From: the human T2T-CHM13v2.0 reference genome, Homo sapiens
Length of the DNA stretch: 64,000 bases
NCBI RefSeq assembly: GCF_009914755.1
Contig: NC_060925.1
Reading direction: 5' to 3' (one strand)
Part shown: piece after piece, positions 61,448 through 64,000 of the stretch
Position numbering within the stretch: position 1 is the first letter of the stretch
Layout: every line of letters starts with the position of its first letter
Position numbers and translations under genes: made by a program
Notes under the pieces: generated by a model
Seen by the model: only the letters and a program-made list of their open reading frames with translations
Told to the model about the DNA's origin: nothing
Database searches by the model: none

Positions 61448-61790
<343 letters not shown>

Positions 61791-62765
61791 AAAGATAAGA
61801 GCAACAGAATCCCTGCCATTGATGAGCTCAAAGAGGAGACAGCCCCAAACAGCAGCAGTCCTGGAAGAGCCTGGGGGAAAAACAGGGACCAACTGATAAA
61901 CCCAACCCATAGCAGTCAGAAGCAGGCGCTTTGAGGCAGAAGCATGTGAAAGACTCTGGCACAGACATTCCAGCTGGAGCAACGAGTCACAAGGGTTCAG
62001 GGTAGGAGAGTGGGGCCAATGTGGTTGCAGTATGGGGATTTGGGTTGAGCCAGACCTTAAAAGCCCACCTTCCAGGCTAAGAAATCAGTATGTATCCTGA
62101 AGGCCAGATTTGAAGTAGAGTGATAAATGGGGATTGGTATTTTAGCAAGCTTATCCTACCAATGGCTGAAAATCTGAAATCAGATGGAAATTTGAAATCA
62201 GGAGGCCACTTAATTATGTGGCCATTCCAGAGCTCAGTCAGAGATGAAGGAAATGGTTTTTCAGCAGCAATGGGAATAAGAGGATAGGAGGGGTGTAAGA
62301 AATATGTAGGAAGATGTTCAAGAGCATTGGCAAAATATGACTGGCTCTGGGATTGGAGGAGTCTTGACCGCAGGGGCTGGTACCATTAACAGATAGGAAA
62401 CGTCATGAGCGGACAACCGGGGAAAGGTTGGGGTTCGGAGTGCAGCAGGAGGGACAAACATAACAGTCCATTTAGCAAGTAACGAGAACCATGCAAATGC
62501 TTGAAATTGTTCAGTCCTTAGTTTACTTAGCCTCTCTGAATGTGTTTGTTAATTTTGAGCATCCTCCTTAAAAAGTCCACCTCTGATTTCAATATGTTCT
62601 TCCTCCATTATCTGTCAAATCAACGCCTTCATCTCTGTCTCCACTGATACTTCTTTCTTGCAGGCCACCCTAATTCCAAGCTTGCAACAGCAACTATCTC
62701 CCAGTCTTCATCTTGACTCAGCTGTCTTCTAACCCATTCTGGATAAAGAATGGTGGTCCTTCTAC

Positions 62766-63062
62766 TTTTCTTTTTTTTTTTTTTTTTGACAAAGTCTCGC
62801 TCCGTCGCCCAGGCAGGAGGGCAGTGGCACAATCTCAGCTCACTGCAACCTCGGCCTCCCGGGTTCAAGTAATTCTGGCTCCCAAGTAGCTGGGATAACA
62901 GGTGTGTGTCACCACAGCCGGCTAATTTTTTTTTTTTGTATTTTTAGTAGAGACGGTTTCACAATGTAGGCCAGGCTGGTCTTGAACTCCTGACCTCAAG
63001 TGATCCACCTGCCTCGGCTCCCAAAGTACTGGGATTACAGGCGTAAGCCACCACACCCGACC
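62766..63062 (-). mobile_element. AluS inserted in the tail of a FLAM/AluJ monomer (63066-63198)
   Basis: TSD-like ctactttt at 62762 and 63063. Confidence 0.88.
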
Positions 63063-63604
63063 CTACTTTTTTTTTTTAATGAAAGAGATGGGGCCTCACT
63101 ATGTTGTCCACACTGGTCACTAACTCCTGGACTCAAGCAATCCTTCTGCCTCAGCCTCCCAAATGCTGGGGTTATACATGTGAGTCACCATGCCTGGCCA
63201 AGAGTGATGGTCTTTCTAAAACGGAAATATGGTCCATGCACTTCCTTGGGAAAGTCATTCAGTGCCTCCTACTGCTGGCAGGATAAGGTCTCAAACTCTA
63301 CCACCTGCCCCATAAGGCCTGAGGGCATGCAGCTCCTGCCCGCCCTCTAGTCATCACACACATGTCACCCTGCTGAGGAGAACTCCAGCCAGACCAAGTG
63401 GGAGGACCCAGGCTCCAAAACTCCTCCAGCACCAAACGCTGTGTCCCAAATCTGTAAAGCTCTTCACCTGGCTGAGTCCTGTTTCCTCTCTCAGGAAGCT
63501 TTCTCCAGCCTTCTAAAGCCAGGATAGGGTGCATGCCGGGCCCCTTCATAGCTATGCGTTTTAATGATCTGTTCCCCCAGCGGAATTCTGAGTGCTTTAC
63601 CTGT

Positions 63605-63975
63605 TGTATTAATCCATTCTCACACTGCTATTAAAAACTACCTGAGACGAGGTAATTTCAGAACAAAAGAGGTTTAATTGACTCACAATTCCACAGGGTT
63701 AATAGGAAGCGTGACTGGGAGGCCTCAGGAAACTTACAATGGTCGAAGGAGAAGCAAGTACCTTCTTACCATGGAAGACCAGGAGAGAGAGAGTGAGGGT
63801 GGAAGTGCCAAACATTTTTAAACCATCAGATCTCGTGAGAACTCACTACCATGAGAACAGCATGGGGGAAACCTGCCCCCATGATCCAATCACCTCTCAC
63901 CCGGCCTCTTCTCCAACACTGAGGATCACAACTCGAGATGAGAGTTGGGTGGGGACACAGAGCCAAACCTTATCA
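63605..63975 (-). mobile_element. THE1D/MSTA-type solo LTR
   Basis: tgtattaatccattctcacactgcta...ggggacacagagccaaaccttatca. Confidence 0.88.
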
Positions 63976-64000
63976 CCCTTAACCCACAACAACCTTATGA

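Overview
Primate (very likely human) genomic DNA containing the 3' part of MPZL1 (PZR, myelin protein zero-like 1) on the + strand. The window starts inside intron 1; exon 1 lies upstream and is not present. Coding exons 2-6 are at 27071-27237, 33759-33972, 34720-34852, 37548-37650 and 49304-49405. They encode an Ig-V domain, a TM helix and two ITIMs, followed by a ~3-4 kb 3'UTR with several poly(A) signals and ~10.6 kb of downstream intergenic DNA. Most of the remainder is interspersed repeat: >30 Alus, L1/L2/MIR relics, several solo LTRs, DNA-transposon MERs and a short full-length antisense SVA about 100 bp upstream of exon 3. Most ORF-track entries are repeat-derived. Main observations: (1) a repeat-poor block in intron 4 with a well-formed 40-nt candidate exon that has the same phases as cassette exon 5, a complete 84-nt mini-intron, a TM-encoding candidate terminal exon and clustered RBFOX/QKI motifs; (2) a ~390-bp two-template 'templated insertion' at 59445-59837 copied from 58.1-58.4 kb (inverted) and 63.0-63.1 kb (direct); (3) a second patchwork local duplication at 41353-41600; (4) a tail-to-tail L2 hairpin in the distal 3'UTR. 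Repeat subfamily names are recalled from consensus sequences and their boundaries are approximate. No database was consulted.
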